From an uncultured Candidatus Saccharibacteria bacterium (lineage in GTDB: Bacteria > Patescibacteriota > Minisyncoccia > Phycocordibacterales > DAORIS01), in assembly GCA_964644035.1 (NCBI GenBank), contig CAZXUH010000001.1, forward strand, positions 323,712 to 387,711: 64,000 bases of DNA, written 5' to 3'. Position 1 is the stretch's first letter; every line of letters starts with the position of its first letter. The position numbers and the translations under genes are program-made. Below the pieces are notes generated by a model. That model did no database searches and was not told the DNA's origin. It saw only the letters and a list, made by a program, of their open reading frames with translations. Of this stretch, positions 21,157-29,991 are shown piece by piece.

Positions 21157-22782
21157 CCCTAGTGACAAAGCAGGCACAAAATGCCTGTTTTGTTTTATAA
21201 CCATTGGCTTTTTAAAGGTTCGAGCGCGTTCGATTTCTTGTTCGATGGCATCTCGTGCTTTTATGAGGCTAAGAAAGTAAGAATTGTAGGAAACCTGGAT
21301 CTTTTTGTCGGAAATGGTGAGGTTCGAGCCAAGACATGCGAGTATCGCTCTTTTAGTCTTTTCATCGCCATTCTCGTACCAAAGATGGGCGTAGCAAGCA
21401 AAATCAAAAGTTTGCTCTGATAGTTGGGCCCATTGTTCAACGGCTTTGTTTTTGAGCTTCAATTCATCTTCGAGAATTCCTTTCTTCTTGAGTAGGTCTG
21501 ATTTCAAAGACTGATATTCCTGATCACTAATGATGGTTCGAGCCTTGTTAGAAGGTGCTGTGAAGTTCAAGGTCAAAGACTGCAGCTGCTGCGTTACTTC
21601 TTCACATTCTTTGTGTTTAGTCTTGAGGGCTATGGAATCACTCTCGGCTTCATTCTTGCGGACTTCATGGACATGTTTGACCGCCCAGTCTCGGTATTCC
21701 TCTGAAATTCTTATATCTTTAAGAATTCCGCCAATTTGTAAATGGAGTTGTTTTACTTCAACGTGCTTTTCGGTACAACCTACGTCATATCTCTTTTTGG
21801 TGCAGTTGTAATAAACGTAATGATGAACATTGCCATTTTTACAACGCTTTACTTTAGCTTGAGCTGTAATGCTGCAACCACATGTGGCACACTTCATCAG
21901 ACCTGTAAATGCAAACGTGCGTTCCTCTCTTCGAGGGCGCGGCTGACTGCTTCTACCCATGACCTTTTGGACCTGGTCGAATTCTTCTTTGGTTATCATT
22001 TGTTCATGCGCCCCTTTATGCCAATTACCGCTATGAAGTGGAAACTCAAACCATCCGTAATAAAATGGATTGCCTAGAATTGCATAAATTGCTGATCGTG
22101 AGAGATGTTCTCCACCAATATTTCTTCGTGGGACAGTTCGCAAATTTAATTGCTTTCTTGAGATGTTCCAAATCTGAGCAATCGAATAGTTGCCGGTAAG
22201 AGCAAGGTCAAAAAGTCTTCGGACCAATGGGAATCTTTCAGGATCTTTCTCTAAGGTCTTATAACCTTTCTGTTTATTTGGCGTATTTAGGTAACCGATT
22301 GGCGCACCGCTCGGCATCCAGCCATCTCTTACTTTCTTTTGCAGGCCTCGCTTTACGTTTACTGACAGGTCTCGAATAAATTGGTTAGCCATGCCAAGTT
22401 CTACCTGCATCATAAGAACATTGTCCGTTGGGTAATACGTTCGGCCGAACGTAACGATTTGAGATATGGCACTCTGCTGCAACATCCAGCTTATCTGCCC
22501 ACCATCAACCGGATTACGAGCTAGACGATCTAATTTCCAGCATAGGATTCCATTAGCCTCGCCTTTATAGATTCTCTCAAGCATTAAATTAAATACCTTC
22601 CTACCTGGTTTCTTGGCTGATTGTGATTCTTCAAGGATATCAACGATCTTCAGTCCCTGATCCTTTGCAATCTTTAAAAGCTCGTCTTTCTGGGCATCTA
22701 TGGACGCTGCTTGTCGGTCTTCCGCTTCGCTTGATTTACGGGCGTATAGGAAGTATTTAGTTGGTTGGTTTGTCTGGTTCAT
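21145..22782 (-). CDS. Large serine recombinase (resolvase + recombinase + Zn-ribbon)
   Basis: YFLYARKSSE, ESQSAKKPGR, WKLDRLARN, LSVNVKRG, APIGY, NPFYYG, CATCG..YYNC; its stop lies inside the antisense of the tRNA. Confidence 0.93.
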   Translation of the reverse strand: MNQTNQPTKYFLYARKSSEAEDRQAASIDAQKDELLKIAKDQGLKIVDILEESQSAKKPGRKVFNLMLERIYKGEANGILCWKLDRLARNPVDGGQISWMLQQSAISQIVTFGRTYYPTDNVLMMQVELGMANQFIRDLSVNVKRGLQKKVRDGWMPSGAPIGYLNTPNKQKGYKTLEKDPERFPLVRRLFDLALTGNYSIAQIWNISRKQLNLRTVPRRNIGGEHLSRSAIYAILGNPFYYGWFEFPLHSGNWHKGAHEQMITKEEFDQVQKVMGRSSQPRPRREERTFAFTGLMKCATCGCSITAQAKVKRCKNGNVHHYVYYNCTKKRYDVGCTEKHVEVKQLHLQIGGILKDIRISEEYRDWAVKHVHEVRKNEAESDSIALKTKHKECEEVTQQLQSLTLNFTAPSNKARTIISDQEYQSLKSDLLKKKGILEDELKLKNKAVEQWAQLSEQTFDFACYAHLWYENGDEKTKRAILACLGSNLTISDKKIQVSYNSYFLSLIKARDAIEQEIERARTFKKPMVIKQNRHFVPALSLGLPR

Positions 22783-23614
22783 TGCTTGTTTGATTGTGGG
22801 TCTCATTTACTCCCTCAGCCCATTTTTCCCCGTTTTTAAAGGGTGGTTCCGTAGTATCTGATTGGATACTGCTGACTTCCCGTAAATTAGCCGCTATTAC
22901 GGGAAGGAGTTGGGCATTTTGACCCTCATGTTTTGGTTCGACCACACTATGCCCAGAAGGGCCCTGAATAGCAACTGATTCGGGTGGCTGCCACTTCTGC
23001 ATTTTCCTCTTAAGAACATCGCCTATGCTAGTTAAAGAATTCGGGGATTTATTTATTTGGTTAGTTAGAGTATCTACGTTAATACTACGATTTTTGCGCT
23101 TTCGGATACTACGGAGATGTATATCTGGATACTGCGCAACCGAATCTTTCAGTTTCAATCTTCCCGTAACATGGGCAATGCTTTTCCAAAAATTGACTGA
23201 CTTAAAATAATACAGGTTCAGTGTTTTAAATCCGCTCTTAGTCTGGACCACACCAAGAATGCCACACTCGACAAGCAACCGGACCGCATTTGCCACATAG
23301 TTTCTGTTCTTCTCTCCAGTAAGTTCCTGGATCGTATCTAGATTCGGCCAGGCCACTTGAGTCTGTGTGTTCCCATGCTTAAGAATTGCGCAATAGACGA
23401 GTGTGCAAATCTTCGGCAACTTTGCCATATAGCCCTCACTCACAAATTCATTCTCGATGAAAAAGCGAGTAGGCTTTCTCTTGCCGCGCAGAACAGACCG
23501 ATCAATTTGATTCTTCAGTTCCTCGATCTTCGCCTTGTGGTAGGCATGAGCTATCTCTGTTTTCTTTTTCTTCGGGTCCAACCACTCCAGGAAAATCTTC
23601 TCGTTGTTGTTCAT
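22757..23614 (-). CDS. HTH protein, phage/plasmid replication-initiator-like
   Basis: LVYCAILKHGN..AWPNLDTIQELTG..VANAVRLLVECGIL resembles HTH_36-type Rep N-domains. Confidence 0.6.
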   Translation of the reverse strand: MNNNEKIFLEWLDPKKKKTEIAHAYHKAKIEELKNQIDRSVLRGKRKPTRFFIENEFVSEGYMAKLPKICTLVYCAILKHGNTQTQVAWPNLDTIQELTGEKNRNYVANAVRLLVECGILGVVQTKSGFKTLNLYYFKSVNFWKSIAHVTGRLKLKDSVAQYPDIHLRSIRKRKNRSINVDTLTNQINKSPNSLTSIGDVLKRKMQKWQPPESVAIQGPSGHSVVEPKHEGQNAQLLPVIAANLREVSSIQSDTTEPPFKNGEKWAEGVNETHNQTSNEPDKPTN

Positions 23615-23771
23615 ATTCGTTGAGCCACACCTTTTTCACCGGCCGATAGACAAGGTCAAAGACTGTCAGGAGTTTGGTTGCTTCTTCAACAAGGACCTCA
23701 TCTGATGGGACCTCGCCATGTTCCAGGCGATAGATTTCCCGATATTCGTCTAATGCTTGTTTGCTTAGCAT
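23502..23771 (-). CDS. Small helical protein upstream of Rep/recombinase
   Basis: MLSKQALDEYREIYRLEHGEVPSDEVLVEEATKLL; ATG at 23771; first gene of the minus-strand module. Confidence 0.55.
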   Translation of the reverse strand: MLSKQALDEYREIYRLEHGEVPSDEVLVEEATKLLTVFDLVYRPVKKVWLNEYEQQREDFPGVVGPEEKENRDSSCLPQGEDRGTEESN

Positions 23772-23876
23772 AATGGTGTAGTACTTGGTTAATAATTTCG
23801 ACCTTTGACCTGCAACGGAAAAAGCTGAGTCCCTGTTGCGAGTGACCCAGCTTTCTCCGCGCAACAGGAGTATTCA

Positions 23877-24120
23877 TAATCCTAAAGGTGTAAAAGTTTC
23901 TAACTGCAGGAATTACATTTACCCAATTAAGATGTTCCTAATCCTATCCGCTTAAAAATGCAAAACATGGTGTATTACTTTTTATGGCTAGGATTATGGG
24001 TTTATCCTAAAAGATAGAAAGTTTCTAACAGTAGGAATTACTTTTATCTTCTCTGGACCCTCTAATCCTAAAAGCAAACATCGTGCATTTTGGTGTGCAT
24101 TACTTTTGCTATAGGACCCA
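23877..24120. repeat. Four tandem ~62-bp structured repeats
   Basis: (T)AATCCTA-like starts at 23877, 23939, 24002 and 24063; ATTAC at +35/+36 in each; each unit folds into a hairpin. Confidence 0.8.
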
Positions 24121-24297
24121 TTAAGTATTGATCGCTGAAAGTGCGAAAAACTCTGCGGAATCAATTACAACGTAAAAAGCCCTGGATAGGCTTGGAAAAA
24201 CGTACACAGGGCAATTTAGGGGTGAAATAGGTCCCAACAAAGGGAGATATAGGAAAAAAGAAGAATTTGAAGTAGAATTAAAAAATCAATTAATGTT

Positions 24298-25284
24298 ATG
24301 GCTACTCGACTTCCAAAACTACCTCAGCTATTAGACCGTAAAATATACAAAACGGGTCAAACGAGAGGGGCGGACGATGACGTAATTTATCAAAATCGTG
24401 TTGGTAGAAATAGTACCGTTCTGATCTCTTATTCTTTTTGGGATAAGGAGTTGTTATCTATTGGTTTTGAAAATGGTTTTATTGTTTTAATTTCACCCAC
24501 CACTTTTTTCTCTGATGAGAAAATCGAATCCAAATTAGCAAGCCAAGGACTTATTTTGGGTGAAAATCTTTTGGTCTTTTATGAGACACGCCAACAATGG
24601 GATACTAATAACCCTGAAAAGAAAGGCTGGAAACCGGCAGTAAAAAGGACCGCACCTCTAGGAGGTCAATATGTCGCTCGTGTTCCCGCAACTACCGCGC
24701 TTGAGAATGGTTCAAAAATTATTCGAGGTTTTGCTGAAACAGCAAATAAAGGTGCGGGCATCAGAGTCTTTGAGTATGCGAGCAGTAAAACCACCAAGGA
24801 TTGTAGAGATCAACTAGAAGCCTTATTCTGGTTATGCGGCGACTCCGAAGCTGTCATGCAAACAGCAGGAATGAAATCTGAAGATATTGTTCTAAGAAAG
24901 AGCTCTATTCTTGAAGACTGTAAAGTAAGAGGACTTCTTGATCTGGACCGATTAATAAAATCTAGAATCATTAATAAACAAGGAAAAACTACATGTCCTC
25001 TTTGTTTGGAGGAATTATCAGGTACTGGTTTTATCAGCCGAATGGAACAAGCTCAAGGGCGAGAAGTTCCTGATTTAACAGTCACACAGATTAACCTTTT
25101 CCATATCGAAGAACTTCGGATCAATACTTTAAACCACAAACCATATAATCTTGGCTGGGGTCATCATCATTGTAATGTAGTAACTAAGGATTCAGGTATA
25201 AATGAGACTCTAAGATGGATGAATGATGTTCTAAAACGAAACATCGAAGGTGGCTACTTAGACCTAGAAAACAAAGTAGATTGA
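24298..25284 (+). CDS. Type II restriction endonuclease, BstXI-like
   Basis: KTGQTRGADD..YQNRVGRNSTVLI resembles the BstXI family (from recall); CPLC..HHHCN His-Me finger; adjacent to a methyltransferase. Confidence 0.75.
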   Translation: MATRLPKLPQLLDRKIYKTGQTRGADDDVIYQNRVGRNSTVLISYSFWDKELLSIGFENGFIVLISPTTFFSDEKIESKLASQGLILGENLLVFYETRQQWDTNNPEKKGWKPAVKRTAPLGGQYVARVPATTALENGSKIIRGFAETANKGAGIRVFEYASSKTTKDCRDQLEALFWLCGDSEAVMQTAGMKSEDIVLRKSSILEDCKVRGLLDLDRLIKSRIINKQGKTTCPLCLEELSGTGFISRMEQAQGREVPDLTVTQINLFHIEELRINTLNHKPYNLGWGHHHCNVVTKDSGINETLRWMNDVLKRNIEGGYLDLENKVD

Positions 25285-26348
25285 GGAAGTTTTACTCTTT
25301 CAACAATCAGCGAATCAATTTCTATTTGATTATCTCCATAATTGATAGATTCAATTTTATTAGCGCTGTGAGAAATCCATTTCGAATCAATTTCCATTAA
25401 AACAGCTGATCTCCCTAATTTAAGTGCGGCAAACCCAGTATTGCCGGATCCACTAAAACAGTCTAGGACTATGTCACCAGGATAAGTTGTAGCTTCTATT
25501 GCATGCTCGAGCATAGCCATTGGTTTCTCAGCGGGGTGCTTATCTTTATAGGGTCTAACAGATGGAAATGTCCATACATCAGTAAATTCTTTGGTCCCAT
25601 CCATTTTAAAAGGACGGATAGCATCTTCGTAGTAAGGCATATTCTCAACTTTTCCTGTTTGGGTTAAGGCGTCACAGATTTTTTTATATTGTTCGCGACT
25701 CGGTATGTTTCTACCTGCCTCCCAGTTTGAGACAGCACCACCATGATTTACACTTCCGTATGCACCAACCAACTCCGTTAGTTTATGACCACTCAGATTA
25801 GCTTTCTTTCGAACCTCCTTTAAAAGATTACCGAAGTAGGATTTAAAGAGATTGCCATTATGGGTTGGTTCAGCAAAAATAATACGCTCGGTATGGGAGT
25901 ACCACTGACGTAAGGACTCTTTTTTCATCTTTTGCTTCCAGCCATCAAACCCTGGCTCATTGGGCTTGGTCCAAACAATTTGGGACAATATATTAAAATA
26001 TTTTGAGAAGCCAACCTCCAAACGTGCAGACATTTCAGGTGAACAAAAGCAAAACAGAGAACCATTCGGTTTAAGTATTCTTTTCCATTCTTTTGCAAAT
26101 TCTTCCATCCACTCAAGGTAATGAGCATCTTCTTTAAAATCTGTATCACCCTTTATATTATCTTTTTTAGTAGTGTGATATGGCGGATCAGTGAGTATCA
26201 AAGAAACGCTCTGATCTGGTATTTTTTTTAACAGATCGAGTGAATCTCCTTCAGCAAGAATTATTCCAGAATTAGAGGCTCTAATTTGAGAAGAAATGGA
26301 TTTTTTAATTTTTTCTAAATCTTTTTTTCTATCCATAATTAACTTCAT
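25254..26348 (-). CDS. N4/N6 DNA methyltransferase (beta class) with internal XRE HTH
   Basis: LILTDPPY ... HPAEKP ... VLDCFSGSGNT; convergent with the REase and overlapping it by 31 bp. Confidence 0.9.
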   Translation of the reverse strand: MKLIMDRKKDLEKIKKSISSQIRASNSGIILAEGDSLDLLKKIPDQSVSLILTDPPYHTTKKDNIKGDTDFKEDAHYLEWMEEFAKEWKRILKPNGSLFCFCSPEMSARLEVGFSKYFNILSQIVWTKPNEPGFDGWKQKMKKESLRQWYSHTERIIFAEPTHNGNLFKSYFGNLLKEVRKKANLSGHKLTELVGAYGSVNHGGAVSNWEAGRNIPSREQYKKICDALTQTGKVENMPYYEDAIRPFKMDGTKEFTDVWTFPSVRPYKDKHPAEKPMAMLEHAIEATTYPGDIVLDCFSGSGNTGFAALKLGRSAVLMEIDSKWISHSANKIESINYGDNQIEIDSLIVERVKLPQSTLFSRSK

Positions 26349-26362
26349 TATATCTCATTTAA

Positions 26363-27007
26363 CTAAGACGCTAAAGCCTTTGGTTTCTTTATCACATCAA
26401 TTACTTTGCCATTTACTCTAAAATCATCATCTTCATGGATGAATATCGGGTCAAAGTGCTGGGAAGATTCAGAGAGTAAAACAATTTGTGAATTTTCTTT
26501 ATCAAAAACGTATTTTTTTATATTTGCCAATCCACCAATTATCGAAACCACATAATCATTATTTTTTGGAGATGTGCTTTCACTATCTACAATTACATAA
26601 TCACCATCTTCAATGGTCTTACCCTTGATGTCTGCCTTGTTAAGAGAGTTTCCTTCAGCTCGCAGCACAAAAACATTACTAGCTTTAGGAACTATCTTTT
26701 TAGATACTTTTAAGTAACCTTCAATATTTTGTTCAGCATAAATAGTTTGAGGACCACAGTTAGCAGATCCAACTATAGGTAATGACACAAACATCTCGCT
26801 TGGAGTTGCTTTTGCCCCAATTACTCTAGAAATAGACTTGTTTTTCTTATCAATGATGATAAACCCCTTCCTTTCAAGCTGAAGTAGGTGGTGTTTAACC
26901 TTCTGGGGCAACCTTTCTGCAATTAGATCTCCGATATCACGCAAAGTTAGGTCCCCAATATTCTTTTCACTAATAATTTTGAGTAACTTTTCTTGTATTG
27001 GATGCAT
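26363..27007 (-). CDS. LexA/CI-like repressor with S24 peptidase domain
   Basis: wHTH (TLRDIGDL..VKHHLLQLERKGFI), GSANCG cleavage region, AEGNSL (Ser), ANIKK (Lys). Confidence 0.85.
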   Translation of the reverse strand: MHPIQEKLLKIISEKNIGDLTLRDIGDLIAERLPQKVKHHLLQLERKGFIIIDKKNKSISRVIGAKATPSEMFVSLPIVGSANCGPQTIYAEQNIEGYLKVSKKIVPKASNVFVLRAEGNSLNKADIKGKTIEDGDYVIVDSESTSPKNNDYVVSIIGGLANIKKYVFDKENSQIVLLSESSQHFDPIFIHEDDDFRVNGKVIDVIKKPKALAS

Positions 27008-27260
27008 GTAAGCATTATACCAGCCTGTCAATTTTTATCAACCACTTTTCCACAGACTTGACGGGGTTGACAAGAAACTACTATCCCTTAAAATATAAAT
27101 GAAAAGCCACCTCATGAGGCAGCTTTTCCAGAAAAATTTTGGTATTGAGTTCGATACTGATACGCCAGATCAGGGTCGACTGTCGGACCGCTGAAAGCCT
27201 TGAACACTTAAAGCATATCAAACCTATTCTGCATTATCAAAGGATAACTGTGGAAATCAA

Positions 27261-27554
27261 ATGTCAGTACGCATAACCTGCATCAAGAAAGACTCCGGTA
27301 ATCACGAGAATCCTCATACCGCCATTAGCACACTAGGGTGGCAAGAGGATGGAACGGGTAAAACAGGCCGATCTACACGCTTGGAAATGTACAAGTTCGT
27401 GGTAGAAGACAAGGGATACGCTTATGTCCAAGACGCTTACGGCAATAAAGCCAAGCTTATTGGAGGTATAACCCCTCGCGGCACAAAATACGTTAAGACC
27501 GTTGCAGACGAAACAAAGACAGACAACCTATTGAAACTCCCTGAGTGTCAATAA
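27261..27554 (+). CDS. DUF3892-like small protein
   Basis: RITCIKK..HENPH..KYVKTVADETKTDNLLKLPEC. Confidence 0.75.
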   Translation: MSVRITCIKKDSGNHENPHTAISTLGWQEDGTGKTGRSTRLEMYKFVVEDKGYAYVQDAYGNKAKLIGGITPRGTKYVKTVADETKTDNLLKLPECQ

Positions 27555-27625
27555 GCAAGTAAATTTATTAGCACACAGCCAATACCGCTTCTGGCGAGAT
27601 GGTATTGGTATAACCACCCATTCCA

Positions 27626-27838
27626 ATGAGCCATCATAACGATGCCCCTGGAATGCGCGGATATCGTTCCCGAAACAAGGACGGACAACTTCGAGATAAG
27701 CGTGACGATACACTTATCGGCACAATCGAGAAGAAGTACGATCTTGATCTTGGGGTTCGCAGTGACATGAAGCTCGGTAACTACTTAAAAGAAACCGGCT
27801 ACAAATCACTAAACGATCTCGTGCACGACCAGAAATAA
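27626..27838 (+). CDS. Small basic hypothetical protein
   Basis: RSRNKDGQLRDKRDDTLIGTIEKKY..VRSDMKLG; terminator at 27846-27872. Confidence 0.7.
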   Translation: MSHHNDAPGMRGYRSRNKDGQLRDKRDDTLIGTIEKKYDLDLGVRSDMKLGNYLKETGYKSLNDLVHDQK

Positions 27839-27949
27839 CTCATTTACCCGCTCTTTTCTAGGGGCGGGTTTTGATTTGTAGTAAAAATGAGAACTTGAAA
27901 GAGAGACCCATTCACTATTTTTTATGGCAGGTTATATAATTGCAACAAT

Positions 27950-28189
27950 ATGAGAAGACGACGTTTTTATAGACATCGGGATAAAAAGATGACGGAACAG
28001 GAAAAGTTTCAGTGGGTTCTAACTGCCATTGTTTTTGTTGTTGTTTTTATCTTTGTCTTTGTATCCAGATTCTTTTCACACTGTATCTTTGAGTGGCCTA
28101 TCCGTTGGGATATAGGTGCATGCTGGCATGAACAGATTCAACCAGCAAAGGACGCTGCAACTGAGAAAGCGGCTAACTTTGTCCCCTAG
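27950..28189 (+). CDS. Small membrane protein
   Basis: Basic N-terminus, one TM, Cys pair; TATAAT upstream. Confidence 0.55.
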   Translation: MRRRRFYRHRDKKMTEQEKFQWVLTAIVFVVVFIFVFVSRFFSHCIFEWPIRWDIGACWHEQIQPAKDAATEKAANFVP

Positions 28190-28375
28190 ATCTTCCCCAG
28201 CCTTATTTTTTAGTGAATGGACCCCTGTTTTCAGTCCCTATTCACTAAACTTTTATCAGTTCACTTGCGTTCGGCCGGACCAAAGGATAGATCCCATCTT
28301 TCAAATTTGGGATATAATGGTAATTACTTGTGGTCCGGAAATAGGTAGTTATTTCGTCCACGACCCTGAGCCAAT

Positions 28376-28404
28376 TTGACAAGTACATATAAATATATTA
28401 CTCT
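28376..28404 (+). promoter_or_regulatory. sigma70-type promoter of first cassette
   Basis: TTGACA-N17-TACTCT, 3 bp after the right att core. Confidence 0.65.
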
Positions 28405-28439
28405 GTGTTTCAGAGGCTAACTCTTAACTTGGAGATTTT

Positions 28440-28754
28440 ATGGAAAAATTGCTGATGGACTTACGTGTTGTAGGTCTTAGTAGCTGCTACCCTATGCAGT
28501 TGAATGTTCCAATCCCCTTCCTACCTTTTCCCGGTCTCATCATGGAATTTGAGACTGCCGAAGCGCTGAAGACAGGCAATGCTGTTTACCTTCGAGTAGA
28601 GACGGTAAAATGGTCCGGCGCGAACAATATTTATGTTGATTGCACAAGAGTCAATGCACACAACTACACCATGGACGAAGTAGCTTACGAAAGCGACGAT
28701 CAATTTGTAGAGCGACTTAGGAGAAGTCACAAGCATGGATGGCAGTTACTGTAA
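28440..28754 (+). CDS. Hypothetical protein (cassette)
   Basis: GGAG SD, own promoter, terminator at 28771-28810. Confidence 0.7.
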   Translation: MEKLLMDLRVVGLSSCYPMQLNVPIPFLPFPGLIMEFETAEALKTGNAVYLRVETVKWSGANNIYVDCTRVNAHNYTMDEVAYESDDQFVERLRRSHKHGWQLL

Positions 28755-28942
28755 TAATTCATGACCATTTAACCGCCTAACAACGAAAACCGTTGCGGGG
28801 CGGTTTTTTTATTGCAAAATATTCTTCTTGAGCACTTTAAGCATTACTCCGATCAATAATTCGAAATCGTCCTGTAGAGCGAGCATAAGTTGACTTTTAC
28901 TTTATATATGATATAATATTTACAGTTCTAACAAAGGAGTAC

Positions 28943-29296
28943 ATGTTTCGTTTTGCAAAGCAGAACGGCAAGAGCTTCAAGCTCGGCTACACGGGTTTGA
29001 TCTGCGCATTCGATTCAGGCAATGACCTCGTGGCTGTTTGTGTCGGTGTCTCGAACATCTTGGAAGACTTCATGTCCAAGGTCGCCGATCGCCAGAACCT
29101 CAAAGCCTCGGATCTGCTGGATCTTCAGATCAACGATTCTGATTCCGATCCTGAGTCCCAAGGCTACGGGAATCCGTCCCAGTGGGACGACTGGAAGATC
29201 GTCATGGATATGAAGGAGAGCAAGTCGCACCTCCTTCAGATGGCTCTGGCCAGCGCCTGGTCTGCAGCCTCGCTCTGCGAACGCTTCGTTGTGTGA
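28943..29296 (+). CDS. Hypothetical protein (cassette)
   Basis: TTGACT 28890, TATAAT 28912, AAAGGAG SD, terminator at 29306-29344; visibly GC-richer than its flanks. Confidence 0.75.
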   Translation: MFRFAKQNGKSFKLGYTGLICAFDSGNDLVAVCVGVSNILEDFMSKVADRQNLKASDLLDLQINDSDSDPESQGYGNPSQWDDWKIVMDMKESKSHLLQMALASAWSAASLCERFVV

Positions 29297-29428
29297 TAGC
29301 CATTCAAACCTGTCTTTACAGAAAACCTGTAGAGGCAGGTTTTTCTTTTACTCTTTATCAAACTGTTTTGATTTGATACCGTTAGAGTGTAACAACAAAA
29401 TAATTATCAAAATTTTAAAATAAATAAC

Positions 29429-29929
29429 ATGAGTAAACTAATTACATGCATCTGGCTTGCGAACAATGATGGAGAAGAAGCAGTGAAATACTACATAAAC
29501 ACTTTCAAGTCAGCCCCTGGCAATCATGAGGCGAAACTTGGAGATATTACAAAATCACCTAAGGCATCTGAAGAAATTTCTGGTAGACCAGCAGGATCTG
29601 TGCTGACAGTTGAATGCGACCTCGACGGAATTAGCTTTATGTTTCTCAATGGTGGTCCTGTCGAACAATTCAAACTTAATGGATCTACCTCTTTTATCAT
29701 CGAGTGCGAAACACAAGAAGAAATCGATTTCTTCTGGGAAAAACTTTCTGCAGTTCCTGCAGCTGAACAGTGTGGATGGTGCACGGACAAATTTGGCGTC
29801 ACATGGCAAGTAACTCCAAGAATTTTGGATGAAATGATGAGAGATCCTAATAAAGCTGAGGCCGTAACTGCTGCCTTCATGCCGATGAAAAAAATTGACC
29901 TTGAAACAATCAGAAAGGCTGGCGAGTAA
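29429..29929 (+). CDS. VOC/PhnB (3-demethylubiquinone-9 methyltransferase-like) protein
   Basis: ITCIW, EEAVKYY, LNGGP, QEEIDFFWEKLS, CGWCTDKFGVTWQV. Confidence 0.9.
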   Translation: MSKLITCIWLANNDGEEAVKYYINTFKSAPGNHEAKLGDITKSPKASEEISGRPAGSVLTVECDLDGISFMFLNGGPVEQFKLNGSTSFIIECETQEEIDFFWEKLSAVPAAEQCGWCTDKFGVTWQVTPRILDEMMRDPNKAEAVTAAFMPMKKIDLETIRKAGE

Positions 29930-29991
29930 AGTTGGAAAGACGCCAAGAACTAAAAACACCAGCAATGCTGGTGTTTTTATTAAATAATCCC

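Larger units (their letters stand above)
21154..28372. mobile_element. ~7.2 kb integrative element in the tRNA-Asn 3' end (serine recombinase, Rep-like protein, R-M, LexA-like repressor)
   Basis: GAGCC core at 21154-21158 and 28368-28372. Joining the outer flanks restores tRNA ...GGGGGAGCCA, and joining the inner ends extends the recombinase in frame. Confidence 0.75.

Noticed and set aside
23877-24120. CRISPR or TIGR array
   Set aside because: Conserved blocks are only 5-8 bp, the variable parts pair with themselves instead of acting as free spacers, and no cas or Nop-domain gene is nearby.
28116-28379. 87-aa + strand ORF
   Set aside because: It overlaps 27950-28189, lacks start signals and is antisense to the predicted recombinase tail.
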